A stretch of DNA of 64,000 bases from Gallionellaceae bacterium. Lineage in GTDB: Bacteria; Pseudomonadota; Gammaproteobacteria; Burkholderiales; Gallionellaceae. Below the pieces are notes generated by a model. It did not search any database. It was not told the origin of the DNA and saw only the letters and a list, made by a program, of their open reading frames with translations. The stretch covers positions 57 to 64,056 of the forward strand of contig VIKH01000002.1 of assembly GCA_008080515.1 (NCBI GenBank). The letters run 5' to 3'. Shown here piece by piece: positions 19,401 through 28,408 of the stretch; position 1 is the first letter of the stretch, and every line of letters starts with the position of its first letter. A program made the position numbers and the translations under genes.

Positions 19401-19992
19401 TATCCGCTTTTTTGTCTGACTCCTGGGTTGTATAGCGGCCAGCCGTATCAAGGAAAATCGCATCATCGCTGAACCACCAATCGCAGTTGCGTGTTCCTCC
19501 TATCCCTTTCACCGCACGAACATCACCTTCGGCAGAAACAGGAAAGCGTAACCCGCAGTTGATCAATGCAGTTGTCTTTCCCGATCCCGGTGCCCCTATA
19601 AACATGTACCAGGGTATCTGGTAAAGGTATTCGCTTCCCCATTTTTTCCCTTTTGCTCCAGATTTTTTTAACGTGGCCATTGCCAGCTCGATCCTATTGC
19701 GCAACAGCTTAATCTCTTCGGCTGCATGCACATCGGAGTGGTCGGGCGCTTGACTGGTTATTCCATCCATTAACCGCTTGTTTGCCTTGCGAACCAGAAT
19801 ATATTTATACAGCTCATAAAAAACCCAGAGGAGCAGAACAAACAGGATGCATAACAGACGGGCGAGCCGGGATTCCAGCGGTCTTGAATCACCGAAACCG
19901 AATAGGGGGCCGAGAAACCAGATAAGGACGGCAAGCAGGGTGATGCCAAATGCAATCATTACCCAACGATTTGTAAGAATTTTTTTTATCAT
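16471..19992 (-). CDS. tssM: T6SS membrane complex protein TssM (IcmF)
   Basis: 1173 aa. N-terminal TM segments, Walker A GAPGSGKTT, long IcmF-type periplasmic region. Confidence 0.95.
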   Translation of the reverse strand: MIKKILTNRWVMIAFGITLLAVLIWFLGPLFGFGDSRPLESRLARLLCILFVLLLWVFYELYKYILVRKANKRLMDGITSQAPDHSDVHAAEEIKLLRNRIELAMATLKKSGAKGKKWGSEYLYQIPWYMFIGAPGSGKTTALINCGLRFPVSAEGDVRAVKGIGGTRNCDWWFSDDAIFLDTAGRYTTQESDKKADSTAWLGFLDLLKKFRSRRPLNGAIVTVSLSDLLAQSERDRDAYAVAVRQRIQELYQKLGVRFPVYLMVTKTDLLAGFMEFFSDLGHEERAQVFGMTFPYKQTMTGNYDYSLAFKTQFEEVAKRLTARLVDRMQQEKDFQRRALVYSFPQQFGAMEPLLARFIEQVFSGTRYEQMPLLRGVYFTSGTQEGTPIDRVLGALSRMLKMERKILPPVGSSGKSFFLTRLLKEVVFPEFGLAGFDEKKEKKRKWLLRGAYASLGVVAICLLVAWTFSYFRNEALINEVEGKVNSLVQMSTSLPPPSANDLHAALPFLTELRNLPYGYADSNKSAGWSLRFGLFQGERIGDMAGDAYQRALRTAFLPRIAMFLEEQIRNSQKNEVKYEALKAYLMLFDEKHLDPKALAAFLAVDLEQSLWGAGQESIQVEFVNHLVASIESRPLNIAWVQDDSLVAAARRSLASSSLVDRIYSRIRLMGAPQSIQPVKLSEILGPDGAQLFERASGEPLSAPFPAIFTYAGYHDGFRKEAEKIVSQMADEDKWVLGEQSSSKKEVDKGQLLEAVKRRYFDEYVRNWDALLNDIRLKKSASLNDTVMYARALSAPDSPLKKLLLGVMKEVSLVPSDATAGAKEKIMGGVLDGAKEMAAKILSGAPSAVKDQLKAKKHPESAVDDHFDSLRQLVSVPAPGQRMAIDQPLAVLNDFYQEISAYQSGGQGSLADMKPLVSSARLKAEAERLPMPLNQILKSLVTVTAGQAAAMNQGNIQKAIVGASSFCDKSISGRYPATHSSQNDILVADFNSVFSPGGELDSFFNSSLKQYVDTSGQLWKLKLGAESTSPISSAALRQFQNADSIRRTFFRGSTTASISAELRLVSTEWPQVTLEYNGESHRFSSSNSAPLLLRWPAQNGASSAKLYAANSTHGIAADGDWAIFRLIDKASSDSSSPERLRLVFMVEGKKAQFELRSNSVLNPFKLKELGAIAG

Positions 19993-20031
19993 GTTCTCCC
20001 TCTTAACCAGCTCATAATTAGGTGGGGATTT

Positions 20032-21318
20032 TTAAGAAGCAATTTTCAGCACTATATCAACCCGCCTGTTGAGAGCCCTGTTTGTTGCGCTATCATTTGG
20101 AGCCACGGGTTCGGATTCGCCCCGCCCTTCACTCGTTATCACTCTTTGATCTGCCAAACTGGATTTGATCAGGCGCGCGACAGAGGTTGCCCTCCCTTTT
20201 GACAAATGCCAGTTGGAAGGATACTGAATTGACCGGGATGGGATGTTATCGGTATGCCCTATAACAACAATTTGCCCAGGAACACGATTCAGCGCATCTG
20301 TTATATTGTGAATCAATGCACCGTATTCAGATTTTAATTCCGTACTCCCGGAATCGAACATCCCATCCCCTCGAACGGTTACAACGCTTTCATGGGCTTC
20401 ATCGTGTACCACAACCAGCCCTCTTGTAATTTCGTCTGCCAAAAATCTGGATAACCTGGGCGGAGCCTTCCCTTGGGCAGATTTCACCGTTACTTTTGGC
20501 GGATTGATGCCTGCAAAAGCGACCATATCGGAATGGGCATTCAGACGAAACAGGTACAATGCGTACACTATTGCCAAGATCAGTACAGCTGCCGCAACTG
20601 AAACCCACAAGGGCAATAAGCCGCTAAAACTGCTACTCTCAGTCACCTCCCCTCGCCATTGCTTCGACAAGTCCCGCTCATACTCACCTCTCTGCCGCTT
20701 GATCATCTCTGCGAGTTTTTCCTTTACTCCATCAAGCTGCGCTCTCCCTCCCTCTATGACGCGGAAACGCCCTTCAAATCCAAGCGCCAGGCAAACATAG
20801 TAAAACTCAAGCAGGTCTATGTATTGTGCCGGGTTCTCCGCCATTCTGTTAAGTAGCTGAAAGAATTTCTCGCCACCTCCTGTCTCTCCGTGCAGGCTGA
20901 CTAACAGACTGTTTCTTACCCATTCGGCAGTCCCGCCCCACGGGGTGGCCGCAATTGACTCATCAATAAATGTACAAAGGGCATACCTGGCAACCGTAAT
21001 AGTTTCAGGAGATACGCCAAATTTCCGCGCAGTATTTTCAAAACTGGAAATTTGCGTCAGCTGTGATTCGCGCAACCCATAGGGGTCGGGATGCTGCAGC
21101 ATTTCCCTCAGGCGAGGGATAGAGCAAAAAATGGGGTTGGCCGCGACAACCAGCGGGTTCATCCCCGCAATGATGTCAAAATCCACAGTCGGCGTTGCAG
21201 CTTGTGATGCCTGAAATTGGGCTGGCCGACTTGCGCTCCCGCTACGGCCGCCCGTTGGAATAAGCAGCGTAGCTTCTTGGTCGAGATCGGGGTTGTTTGA
21301 ATCCACACTTACCTCCAA
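20032..21318 (-). CDS. tssL: TssL (DotU family) with C-terminal OmpA/MotB peptidoglycan-binding domain
   Basis: 428 aa. DotU-like cytoplasmic domain, one TM (LLPLWVSVAAAVLILAIVYALYLF), and a C-terminal ...VVIGHTDNIP...NWHLSKGRATSVARLI...NRALNRRVDIVL OmpA-type motif. Confidence 0.9.
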   Translation of the reverse strand: MEVSVDSNNPDLDQEATLLIPTGGRSGSASRPAQFQASQAATPTVDFDIIAGMNPLVVAANPIFCSIPRLREMLQHPDPYGLRESQLTQISSFENTARKFGVSPETITVARYALCTFIDESIAATPWGGTAEWVRNSLLVSLHGETGGGEKFFQLLNRMAENPAQYIDLLEFYYVCLALGFEGRFRVIEGGRAQLDGVKEKLAEMIKRQRGEYERDLSKQWRGEVTESSSFSGLLPLWVSVAAAVLILAIVYALYLFRLNAHSDMVAFAGINPPKVTVKSAQGKAPPRLSRFLADEITRGLVVVHDEAHESVVTVRGDGMFDSGSTELKSEYGALIHNITDALNRVPGQIVVIGHTDNIPSRSIQYPSNWHLSKGRATSVARLIKSSLADQRVITSEGRGESEPVAPNDSATNRALNRRVDIVLKIAS

Positions 21319-21387
21319 ATTCTTCAGGAATTCATAGGTTGTTATAGGCTTGCTGGCAAAGCTTATCTGCCCTATAAAAGCTCTAAC

Positions 21388-22725
21388 TCACTCCCTGATC
21401 GCCCACATTTCCATTGTAATGCCGGGAAATTCGCCGGCAAGATGCATGGCAAGGACACGGGAAATCTTTATGTCTTTCCATTGCTCGCTGTTTCTATCCA
21501 AGACAAAATACGTGAAGCCGGCATGATATGGAATCTGTCGTGGAGCCACAGGCAGGGGCTGAATCTCAACTCCCGGCAAGTGAGACATGACAAGATCCCT
21601 GATCTTCTCAACCGAGCCGATTTTAATTTGCAGCGGGAGGGAATTCCTCAATTGTTCAGCAGGCATGTCGGCAAATGCCGCCAAGACAAAAGTCGCATCC
21701 TGAATTAACCCTGCATCCCGGATCTCACCCACATATACGCCGCGCCCCCGGTCAACCAGAGGCAATGGCAAAGCCGTTTGCTCCATGACTGCCGTCAATG
21801 TTCGCCTGATCTCCGCCACTACCGGCTTGAATGTCGAGTCCAAGTCATCATGCTGGTAAGTTTTAAACTCCATGGAGCTGCGCTCTTTCCTTCCGAAAGT
21901 AGCCAACTCTCCTGCGAGTTCCAACAGATAGCGATACAGCAATTCCGGATGCAATGGCGCCACATTGGAAAGGTGGCTAATCAAAGGGTCAAAACGGTTG
22001 CAAACTTGAAGCAGCATGAAATCGGAAACATCAGAGACGCCTTTGCTTCCCGGTTGTGACACACGGGACGCCAACACTTGTGCGCGATGCTTCAGCAGCC
22101 CGCCAATTTCCTTTAGATACTTGCTCAAGACGAGGCTAGAGCGGCAATCCATGCACGGTGGAATATATTCACTATCCAATGTTATTTGCCCATCCGATCG
22201 TCTTTCCACTATTTTCGCAAATCCAATTGCGCCATGTGCAGGGGTTACATCGGAAAGAAGCTGTATTCTGAAACAGGGCCTGCCAACCTTTAATTCTGCA
22301 ACGCCTTCATGTTCAACAAGCGCATTCCTTGCCTTGCAATCAGCCCCGTGATAACGCAGGGGGAGCTCTTTTGGAGTGTTGTAAGACATCTCTGGCATGC
22401 CAGCGCGGCGGAAAGGCAGGGTCAACCCCACGACCGCATTCTTGCAATCTGCTGGTATTTCAATAGGCTCGGGTATGTTTGCGTCAACAGGGATGTAAAT
22501 AGGCGTTCCATCAGGCATTACGCCGGAAGCAGAAGAAACGGCAAGCTTTCCATACTTCAGCATTTCCAGATCAACCTGCATCTCTGCAAAGCCGTATCCA
22601 TATGGCGAAAGAGCTTGAATCCTGTGATCAAGCAAGCGCTCAATATACCGCTCCTGCTGTTGGAAATGCTGCGGGCGCAAGAAAAGCCCTTCTGACCATA
22701 AAACCTTGTTATTATCTTCAGTCAT
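21388..22725 (-). CDS. tssK: T6SS baseplate protein TssK
   Basis: 445 aa; N-terminus ...KVLWSEGLFLRPQHFQQQERY... is the TssK hallmark. Confidence 0.93.
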   Translation of the reverse strand: MTEDNNKVLWSEGLFLRPQHFQQQERYIERLLDHRIQALSPYGYGFAEMQVDLEMLKYGKLAVSSASGVMPDGTPIYIPVDANIPEPIEIPADCKNAVVGLTLPFRRAGMPEMSYNTPKELPLRYHGADCKARNALVEHEGVAELKVGRPCFRIQLLSDVTPAHGAIGFAKIVERRSDGQITLDSEYIPPCMDCRSSLVLSKYLKEIGGLLKHRAQVLASRVSQPGSKGVSDVSDFMLLQVCNRFDPLISHLSNVAPLHPELLYRYLLELAGELATFGRKERSSMEFKTYQHDDLDSTFKPVVAEIRRTLTAVMEQTALPLPLVDRGRGVYVGEIRDAGLIQDATFVLAAFADMPAEQLRNSLPLQIKIGSVEKIRDLVMSHLPGVEIQPLPVAPRQIPYHAGFTYFVLDRNSEQWKDIKISRVLAMHLAGEFPGITMEMWAIRE

Positions 22726-22749
22726 GTTAATAGTCCAGCCCGTACCATG

Positions 22750-23297
22750 TCACCTATTATAATATCGGAAAAGATGCATCAGTTTTATCCGCGCATCTGA
22801 GGTTGTAAGCTGCCAGTTAATTTTCTTCGATCTGTTGTTCAGGCCTTGCTCCCGTGCGACCACTTCGGCCTTCATTTCATCCATGCAGTCTGTCCTGCGG
22901 CCAAGACATTGCCCCTTCAGCGCGCCGAGTTCAATCTCCACCACATTCAACTAGCTTCCATGCTTGGGCGTGTAATGGATATCGAGGCATTCCGCCAGGC
23001 GCTTGGCCTCATTGGATCCGAAAGACTCATCAGCGACGCGATGCTATGAGTGTTCAGGTTGTCCATCACCAAACGCACCTTGATGGCGTCAGGGTGGCGT
23101 TCGTCAAGCGTTTCGCGGTTCAATCTCTTCGGGCCGATTCCGCCGCTTGCGGCGAATGATTTGCCCAAATTCAGATGATACCCCACTACTTGCGGCGGGG
23201 TTCTTGGTTTTCGAAGTGCAACACTTAACGGTAGTTTGGTGTGGCGCGCCGACTCTCCGAAGAATACCTTTGCCTGTGGTAGCGCAAATTCTGCAGT
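22750..23297 (-). mobile_element. Degraded IS630-family transposase remnant (C-terminal half only)
   Basis: Fragments in two frames: ...DAIKVRLVMDNLNTHS... (22947..23186) and DIHYTPKHGS*LNVVEIELGAL...INWQLTTSDARIKLMHLF (22750..22950 plus upstream). There is an in-frame TAG (22951-22953) where Trp is expected, at least one frameshift, and no N-terminal HTH part. Confidence 0.75.
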
Positions 23298-23606
23298 TCA
23301 CTTCAGGATGGCGTAATAGGCTGCCAGATCGGCCAAATCCTGATCGGTCAGTTTTTTCGACAGCATTTCCATGATGGGATGCTTGCGCTTGCCGCTCTTG
23401 TAGTCATTCATCGCCGCCACAAATTTTGCTGCGTCCAGGGCGACGATAGGCGGGTTAGGCCCGCCCCCCTTGCCATCCGCTCCGTGGCAAGTCGCGCATT
23501 GGGCCGCTTTGATTTTGCCGTCATCCGCGCTACCGGCGGCGTTAGTCGTCCCGGAAACCGCGACCAGCAAGCCTGTCGCGACAGCGATGCACATTTTCGG
23601 TTTCAT
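23298..23606 (-). CDS. Monoheme class I c-type cytochrome (periplasmic)
   Basis: Signal peptide MKPKMCIAVATGLLVAVSGTTNA and a single CATCH heme-binding motif; about 100 aa. Start set to the Met at 23606. Confidence 0.85.
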   Translation of the reverse strand: MKPKMCIAVATGLLVAVSGTTNAAGSADDGKIKAAQCATCHGADGKGGGPNPPIVALDAAKFVAAMNDYKSGKRKHPIMEMLSKKLTDQDLADLAAYYAILK

Positions 23607-23759
23607 GATATTTCTCCAAGCTAAAATTACTGCGGGTTCAACCACACGATCCGAAAATGGAAAATCGGATCACCAGGGAATTCCAGCAAAGCGGCAATCG
23701 TTCAGCAAATATCAAATAGCGCAGGCTCCGATAACGGAGCCCGCTTGCGGGTCTCCGAA

Positions 23760-24185
23760 TCAGACCACGACTGGCCCGCAGTAATCGCCGCCATCGGCAA
23801 CGCTTGCAGATGAAGCGGCGAGCAGCGATTTGCGCTCGTGGTCAGACTGCACCTGCAACAATGTCGTGACGCAATTCTCGAGGTCGTCGTACTCGGCGCG
23901 CCCCGTGCCGTAGTGGTCGGCCTCGGAATAAAAGAACTGGCAACGGTAGCGGCCTGCAGCCACTTTGCATACCACGAACTGCGCTTCGCGCTCGCACCAA
24001 TAGAGGGTGGGGCACGGCGTCAACTTTCCGGAAGCAGCATCGAGCTGTAGCTCGCTGTCGGCCAATTGTACGGGTACGGGTTTGGCATAACGCCGCGACA
24101 GCAACCGCGCAACGAGTTCTTGCTCGGCGTCGGTAAAATCCGGGATAGGGCCGCTCATATCAGGTTTGCGCCCAAGGTAGTCCAT
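23760..24185 (-). CDS. Hypothetical Cys-containing protein
   Basis: ORF 23760..24305. Start set to MDYLGRK (24183-24185), which is preceded by GGAGG-TTTG. No recognisable domain; several Cys residues. It overlaps the rhodanese 3' end by 26 nt. Confidence 0.45.
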   Translation of the reverse strand: MDYLGRKPDMSGPIPDFTDAEQELVARLLSRRYAKPVPVQLADSELQLDAASGKLTPCPTLYWCEREAQFVVCKVAAGRYRCQFFYSEADHYGTGRAEYDDLENCVTTLLQVQSDHERKSLLAASSASVADGGDYCGPVVV

Positions 24186-24546
24186 CAAACCTCCAGCCGT
24201 TGTGGGAGTTGCGGTGATGCTGTTCGTCCAGGTCCCCCTCAAAGCCGTGCAAAACGTTATACACCTCTTGAAGGCCCGCCTTTTCCAGTGCTTGGGCGGC
24301 ATCAACCGAACGTCTTCCGGAGCGGCAAATCAGAACCACCGGGCGGCCTACGCTGGCGGCTTTTTTTACGTGGTTAACAAAATTAGGGTCTATATCCCAG
24401 TTCGGGCCGTCCACCCAAGGGATCTGCATCGAACCGACCGGGTGCCCGACGAACATGTGCTCCATTTCGCTGCGCACGTCAATAAAAACCGCTTCGGGGT
24501 TGGCTTGCAGGAACTCGTAGGCCTCTTTGGGAGAAAGGTGTTGCAT
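24160..24546 (-). CDS. Single-domain rhodanese (sulfurtransferase)
   Basis: 128 aa; active-site loop CRSGRRS within a typical rhodanese fold sequence (...VFIDVRS..E...GH...). Confidence 0.9.
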   Translation of the reverse strand: MQHLSPKEAYEFLQANPEAVFIDVRSEMEHMFVGHPVGSMQIPWVDGPNWDIDPNFVNHVKKAASVGRPVVLICRSGRRSVDAAQALEKAGLQEVYNVLHGFEGDLDEQHHRNSHNGWRFDGLPWAQT

Positions 24547-24584
24547 GGCGTTGCTCCTGAATGATGGAAGGGAAACCCGGCCCT

Positions 24585-24590
24585 ATTATA
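24585..24590 (-). promoter_or_regulatory. Candidate sigma70 -10 box (TATAAT) upstream of the rhodanese gene
   Basis: Perfect TATAAT on the minus strand, about 39 nt upstream of the ATG at 24546, in the 98-nt gap after hdrB-like. No good -35 seen. Confidence 0.3.
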
Positions 24591-24644
24591 GGCAGTGCGG
24601 CAATGTCTATAAACAGCCGTCCCCGCAATCACTGTTGCAGAAAC

Positions 24645-25562
24645 TCACTTTTTCTCCGGAACAGATTTGCTGGCGGCTTCCTGTAGCTTTACCGGCTGGA
24701 TAAGGTGGCCGTCCAGCCCGGCTTCCTTGATGCCGCCACCGTAGGCGACGGTCATGAGCTGGCTGTAATAGGTAACCGGCATAGCCAGTTTGGTGCCGTA
24801 TTTCTTGTTGATTTCGGACTGGTAAACCTCGACGTTCGCTTGGCACAGCGCGCAAGGGGTGACGATCATGTCAGCGCCGTGATCGTAGGCCGATTCGACA
24901 ATATCCTTGATCTGTTTCAGGCTCTTTTCCGTTTCGGAAAAAGCCAGCGCCCCGCCGCAGCAGGTCACCTTCTGCTCGTATCCTGTCGCAGCTTCTCCGC
25001 CTACGGTTTCGACCAGCTTGTCGAGGTATTTCGGGTTCTCGAACGATTCCCCGGCAATGCCGAAGGGACGGTTGGTCTGGCAGCCGACATAGCCCGCAAA
25101 TTTGATGCCCGCCAAAGGCCTCACCACCGGTTTGGCCAGTTCCTGATAGCCGAAATCTTCGATCAGCACTTCAACCAGATGGCGAACTTTGGTTTTGCTG
25201 CCGTAGTTCAGGCCCGCCTCCTGTAGTGCTTCATTGGCGTCCGCCAGAAGCTGCCGGTCCGTCTCGAGCTTGTGTTTCGCTTCGCGTGCGCCCAGCCAGC
25301 AAGCGGCGCAGGTGGCGACGATATCCCGTCCCGGCAGATGGGTTTCGGAGAGCGCGAAATTGCGCGCGTTCATCACCAGGCGCGACAGCTCGCTGCCGCC
25401 CGCATAGCTGATGGAAGCGCCGCAGCAGTTCCAGTCCGGGATCGGGGTCATGCCGATGTCGAGCGTTTTGCAGATCGAGTTGGTTGACGTCAGGTAGTTG
25501 GCGGCGGATGCGCGCAACTGCGAAGAGCAGCCGGGGTAAAACGCAAATTCTTTTCTGGCCAT
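24645..25562 (-). CDS. HdrB-like heterodisulfide reductase subunit (two CCG domains)
   Basis: 305 aa; ...FYPGCS...DWNCCGA... and ...GYVGCQ...VTCCGGA...TPCALC..., the duplicated CCG-type cysteine pattern. Confidence 0.9.
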   Translation of the reverse strand: MARKEFAFYPGCSSQLRASAANYLTSTNSICKTLDIGMTPIPDWNCCGASISYAGGSELSRLVMNARNFALSETHLPGRDIVATCAACWLGAREAKHKLETDRQLLADANEALQEAGLNYGSKTKVRHLVEVLIEDFGYQELAKPVVRPLAGIKFAGYVGCQTNRPFGIAGESFENPKYLDKLVETVGGEAATGYEQKVTCCGGALAFSETEKSLKQIKDIVESAYDHGADMIVTPCALCQANVEVYQSEINKKYGTKLAMPVTYYSQLMTVAYGGGIKEAGLDGHLIQPVKLQEAASKSVPEKK

Positions 25563-25572
25563 GATATTTCCC

Positions 25573-26199
25573 TCAAACAGCCGGGCGCTTGCGGCGCTGC
25601 TCTATTTCCGCCGCTTTGTTCAACATCGCGCGGATGCCCTTCTGGTCCTTGCACACGTGGCCTTTGAGCAGCTCAAAGGCGTTCAGCCTGCCGGCCTTGA
25701 CCAGGCCGAGGCCGATGCCGCGCATCGCCCAGCCCTTCTTGATGCCTGCCATAAAACCGTCCATGAAATACAGGCCCAAGGTCAGCTTCAGTTCGTTGAC
25801 GCGACCGGTGCGGGTGCAGTTCTTCCAGAACAGGATGGAGAAGTCGCGCGTCGGTTGTATTTTCGGGGTCAGGCCGAGCTGGTTGGAATAGGTTGCGAGG
25901 CCGTGCATGATCTGGGTGATCGGCAGCTTGCGCGGGCAGCGCACCACGCAGTTGTAGCAGGAGGTGCACATCCACATCGAATCGGAACCCAGCACTTCTG
26001 CGCGTTTGCCGGCGCGCACCATCATGAACAACTCCTGCGGCGGATGGGCCCAGTGCGGCCCGAGCGGGCAAGAGCCGGCGCACACGCCGCACTGCATGCA
26101 CATCTTGACCCACTTGCCTTCCTCGACGTTTTCTTCGACTTCCTTGAGGAAGTCGTTGTGGTATTTGATGTTGAGTTCGCTCATGTTGGCCTCACGCAA
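25573..26199 (-). CDS. HdrC-like 2x[4Fe-4S] ferredoxin subunit
   Basis: 208 aa; motifs CMQCGVCAGSCP and CTSCYNCVVRCP. Confidence 0.9.
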   Translation of the reverse strand: MREANMSELNIKYHNDFLKEVEENVEEGKWVKMCMQCGVCAGSCPLGPHWAHPPQELFMMVRAGKRAEVLGSDSMWMCTSCYNCVVRCPRKLPITQIMHGLATYSNQLGLTPKIQPTRDFSILFWKNCTRTGRVNELKLTLGLYFMDGFMAGIKKGWAMRGIGLGLVKAGRLNAFELLKGHVCKDQKGIRAMLNKAAEIEQRRKRPAV

Positions 26200-28408
26200 A
26201 ACCTTTCATCGGACTCATGCCGATTTTCTGGATGGTGGCGGCGTAGTCGTTGATGAGCTGCGCCACGCGCGCGCTGTCGGTGATGGCGACCGAGCAGGTG
26301 GTCACGCGCTCGGTTTCGAGGCCGAGTTGCTTCAGCGTGTCGTCTATCTTGCCCATGCGGTAATTCGCCAGTTCCGAGCCTTTGACGAAGTGGCACTGGT
26401 AATCGTCGCCGTGCTTGCAGCCCATCATCATCACACCGTCCCAGCCACCGTTGAGCGCGTCGGTGATCCACACCGTGTTTACCGAGCCCAGGCAGCGCAC
26501 CGGGATCACGCGCACGAAGGCGCTGTAAATGTGGCGCTGCATTCCGGCCATGTCCAGCGCCGGATAGGCGTCGTTCTCGCAGGCCAGCACCAGGATGCGC
26601 GGCTTCTCCGAAAACTCATCCGGCATATCCACCGCCTTGATCTGGCTGCCGATGGAGTCCGGTGAATAGTTCTCGAAAGAGATGACGCGCACCGGGCAGG
26701 CACCCATGCAGGTACCGCAGCGGCGGCAGCGCGATTCATTGAACACCGGATAGCGCTTCTCGTCTTCGTCAATTGCGCCGAACGGGCATTCCACCGTGCA
26801 GCGCTTGCACTGGGTGCAGCCTTCGATGCGCACGATGGGAAAGGACAGGTCGCCCGAGCGGGGGTGTGCGGCGCGCCCGAGCGAGGCGTTCTCTACCGCC
26901 TGGATCGCTTTCATCGCTGCGCCGGTGGCATCTTCCGACGCCTGCGCCATATCCATCGGGCGGCGCACCGGGCCAGCCGCATAGATGCCGGTGCGCCGAG
27001 TTTCGTAGGGGAAGCAGATGAAATGCGAGTCGGTCAGCCCGTGCTTCAGTTGCGGTAGATCCCTGCCCTGGCGGTAGTTCAGGTTCAGGATGGATACCGG
27101 CTGGGCTTTTGCCTGCTCCTCTTCAGGGAGATCAATGTTCACCCCGGAGTTCGGCACCTGGCCGGTGGCAAGCACTACCAGGTCGGCATCGATACTGCCT
27201 TCTTCGTTGAGTATCAAATCCTTGAATTTCACGGTGCAGGTATTGCTGTTTACCGCGACTTCGGAAACCGTGCCTTTAGTGAAAGTCACGCCCTTGTTCT
27301 GGCCGCTGCGGTAAAAATCCTCGCCCATGCCGGGCGTGCGCAGGTCGGTGTAGATCACCGCCGTGTCGGTGGCGGGGTAGGCATCCTTGAAATACATCGC
27401 CTGCTTGATGCTGGTGTTGCAGCAGTGGCCGGAGCAATACGGCAAATGCTTGCCGGATTCGTCGCGCTGCCCCGCGCACTGGACAAATACTACGCTGCGG
27501 ATCTCGCCGCCGTCGGAAGGTCTCCGCATCGGGCGATTCTGCGCTGCGGCCTCTGCCGCGAGCCTTTCCAGTCCGGCCTGATCCACCACGTTCGGGCTCT
27601 TGCCGCCGCCCAGCTCGGGCAGCCTGGCGATATCGTAGCCGGTGAAACCGCTCGCCTGCACGATGGCACCGACTTCCTCGGTCGTTGCGGCACCGCTTTC
27701 GCTGGCGATTTGCGCCAGAAAGCGACCGGGTGCGCCAGCGGTCTGGGCGAGGGTGGCATTAAGATATATCCTGATGCGCGGATGTTGTGTTGCCCTGGCG
27801 ATCAGTTCGCTGACGCCGGTATCCGCCGGACTGCTATAGGGTGATTTTGTCGGCACGCATTTCCACAGTTGCGCGGCCCAGCCGCCCAGTTCGCCCCGTT
27901 TTTCCACCAGCACCACTTCGTAGCCGGCTGCGGCGCTTTCCAGTGCGGCGGTCAGGCCGGATATTCCGCCGCCGACAACCAGGATGCGCTTGTTCTGGGC
28001 CTTGTTTGGCGCGCCTTGCGGCAGTTTCATTTTTTTCAATTCGGCGCAGCCCATGCGTACGTAGTCGTCCGCCATTTCTTGGGTGATTTCCTGCGCCTCA
28101 TCGCTTTCCGGCTGGCTCCAGAGAACGCCTTCGCGGATGTTTGCCCGCACCACTGTTACATCGTGAAAGCCGAACGCCTCGGTCTTGGCGCGACGCGAGC
28201 AGGCGGCGATCATGACATGGGTGACGGCTTCCCCGGCGATGTCGTCGCGGATCATCTGCACGCCTTCCGCGTTGCACAGGAAAGCGTGCTCGCGCACCAG
28301 CTGCATTTTTCCTTCCTTCTGCGCGACCACCGCCATTTGTTTGCTGTTCAGCCGCTCCGCTATGCCGCAGCCCTGGCAGATGTAAGCCGCAGTTTTCATC
28401 TCGCTCAT
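26192..28408 (-). CDS. QmoB/HdrA-like flavoprotein with ferredoxin and MvhD-like domains
   Basis: FAD fold ILVVGGGISGLTAALESAAAG. 4Fe-4S motifs CTQCKRCTVECP and CRRCGTCMGACP. C-terminal MvhD-like PRILVLACENDAYPALD...RVIPVRCLG.... Start set to ATG 28406-28408 (MSEMKTAAY), which overlaps the upstream stop as ATGA. Confidence 0.85.
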   Translation of the reverse strand: MSEMKTAAYICQGCGIAERLNSKQMAVVAQKEGKMQLVREHAFLCNAEGVQMIRDDIAGEAVTHVMIAACSRRAKTEAFGFHDVTVVRANIREGVLWSQPESDEAQEITQEMADDYVRMGCAELKKMKLPQGAPNKAQNKRILVVGGGISGLTAALESAAAGYEVVLVEKRGELGGWAAQLWKCVPTKSPYSSPADTGVSELIARATQHPRIRIYLNATLAQTAGAPGRFLAQIASESGAATTEEVGAIVQASGFTGYDIARLPELGGGKSPNVVDQAGLERLAAEAAAQNRPMRRPSDGGEIRSVVFVQCAGQRDESGKHLPYCSGHCCNTSIKQAMYFKDAYPATDTAVIYTDLRTPGMGEDFYRSGQNKGVTFTKGTVSEVAVNSNTCTVKFKDLILNEEGSIDADLVVLATGQVPNSGVNIDLPEEEQAKAQPVSILNLNYRQGRDLPQLKHGLTDSHFICFPYETRRTGIYAAGPVRRPMDMAQASEDATGAAMKAIQAVENASLGRAAHPRSGDLSFPIVRIEGCTQCKRCTVECPFGAIDEDEKRYPVFNESRCRRCGTCMGACPVRVISFENYSPDSIGSQIKAVDMPDEFSEKPRILVLACENDAYPALDMAGMQRHIYSAFVRVIPVRCLGSVNTVWITDALNGGWDGVMMMGCKHGDDYQCHFVKGSELANYRMGKIDDTLKQLGLETERVTTCSVAITDSARVAQLINDYAATIQKIGMSPMKGFA

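Noticed and set aside
22726-23297. A hidden tssJ lipoprotein gene between tssK and the cytochrome gene
   Set aside because: All frames there translate to IS630 transposase fragments; no lipobox-containing small ORF was seen.
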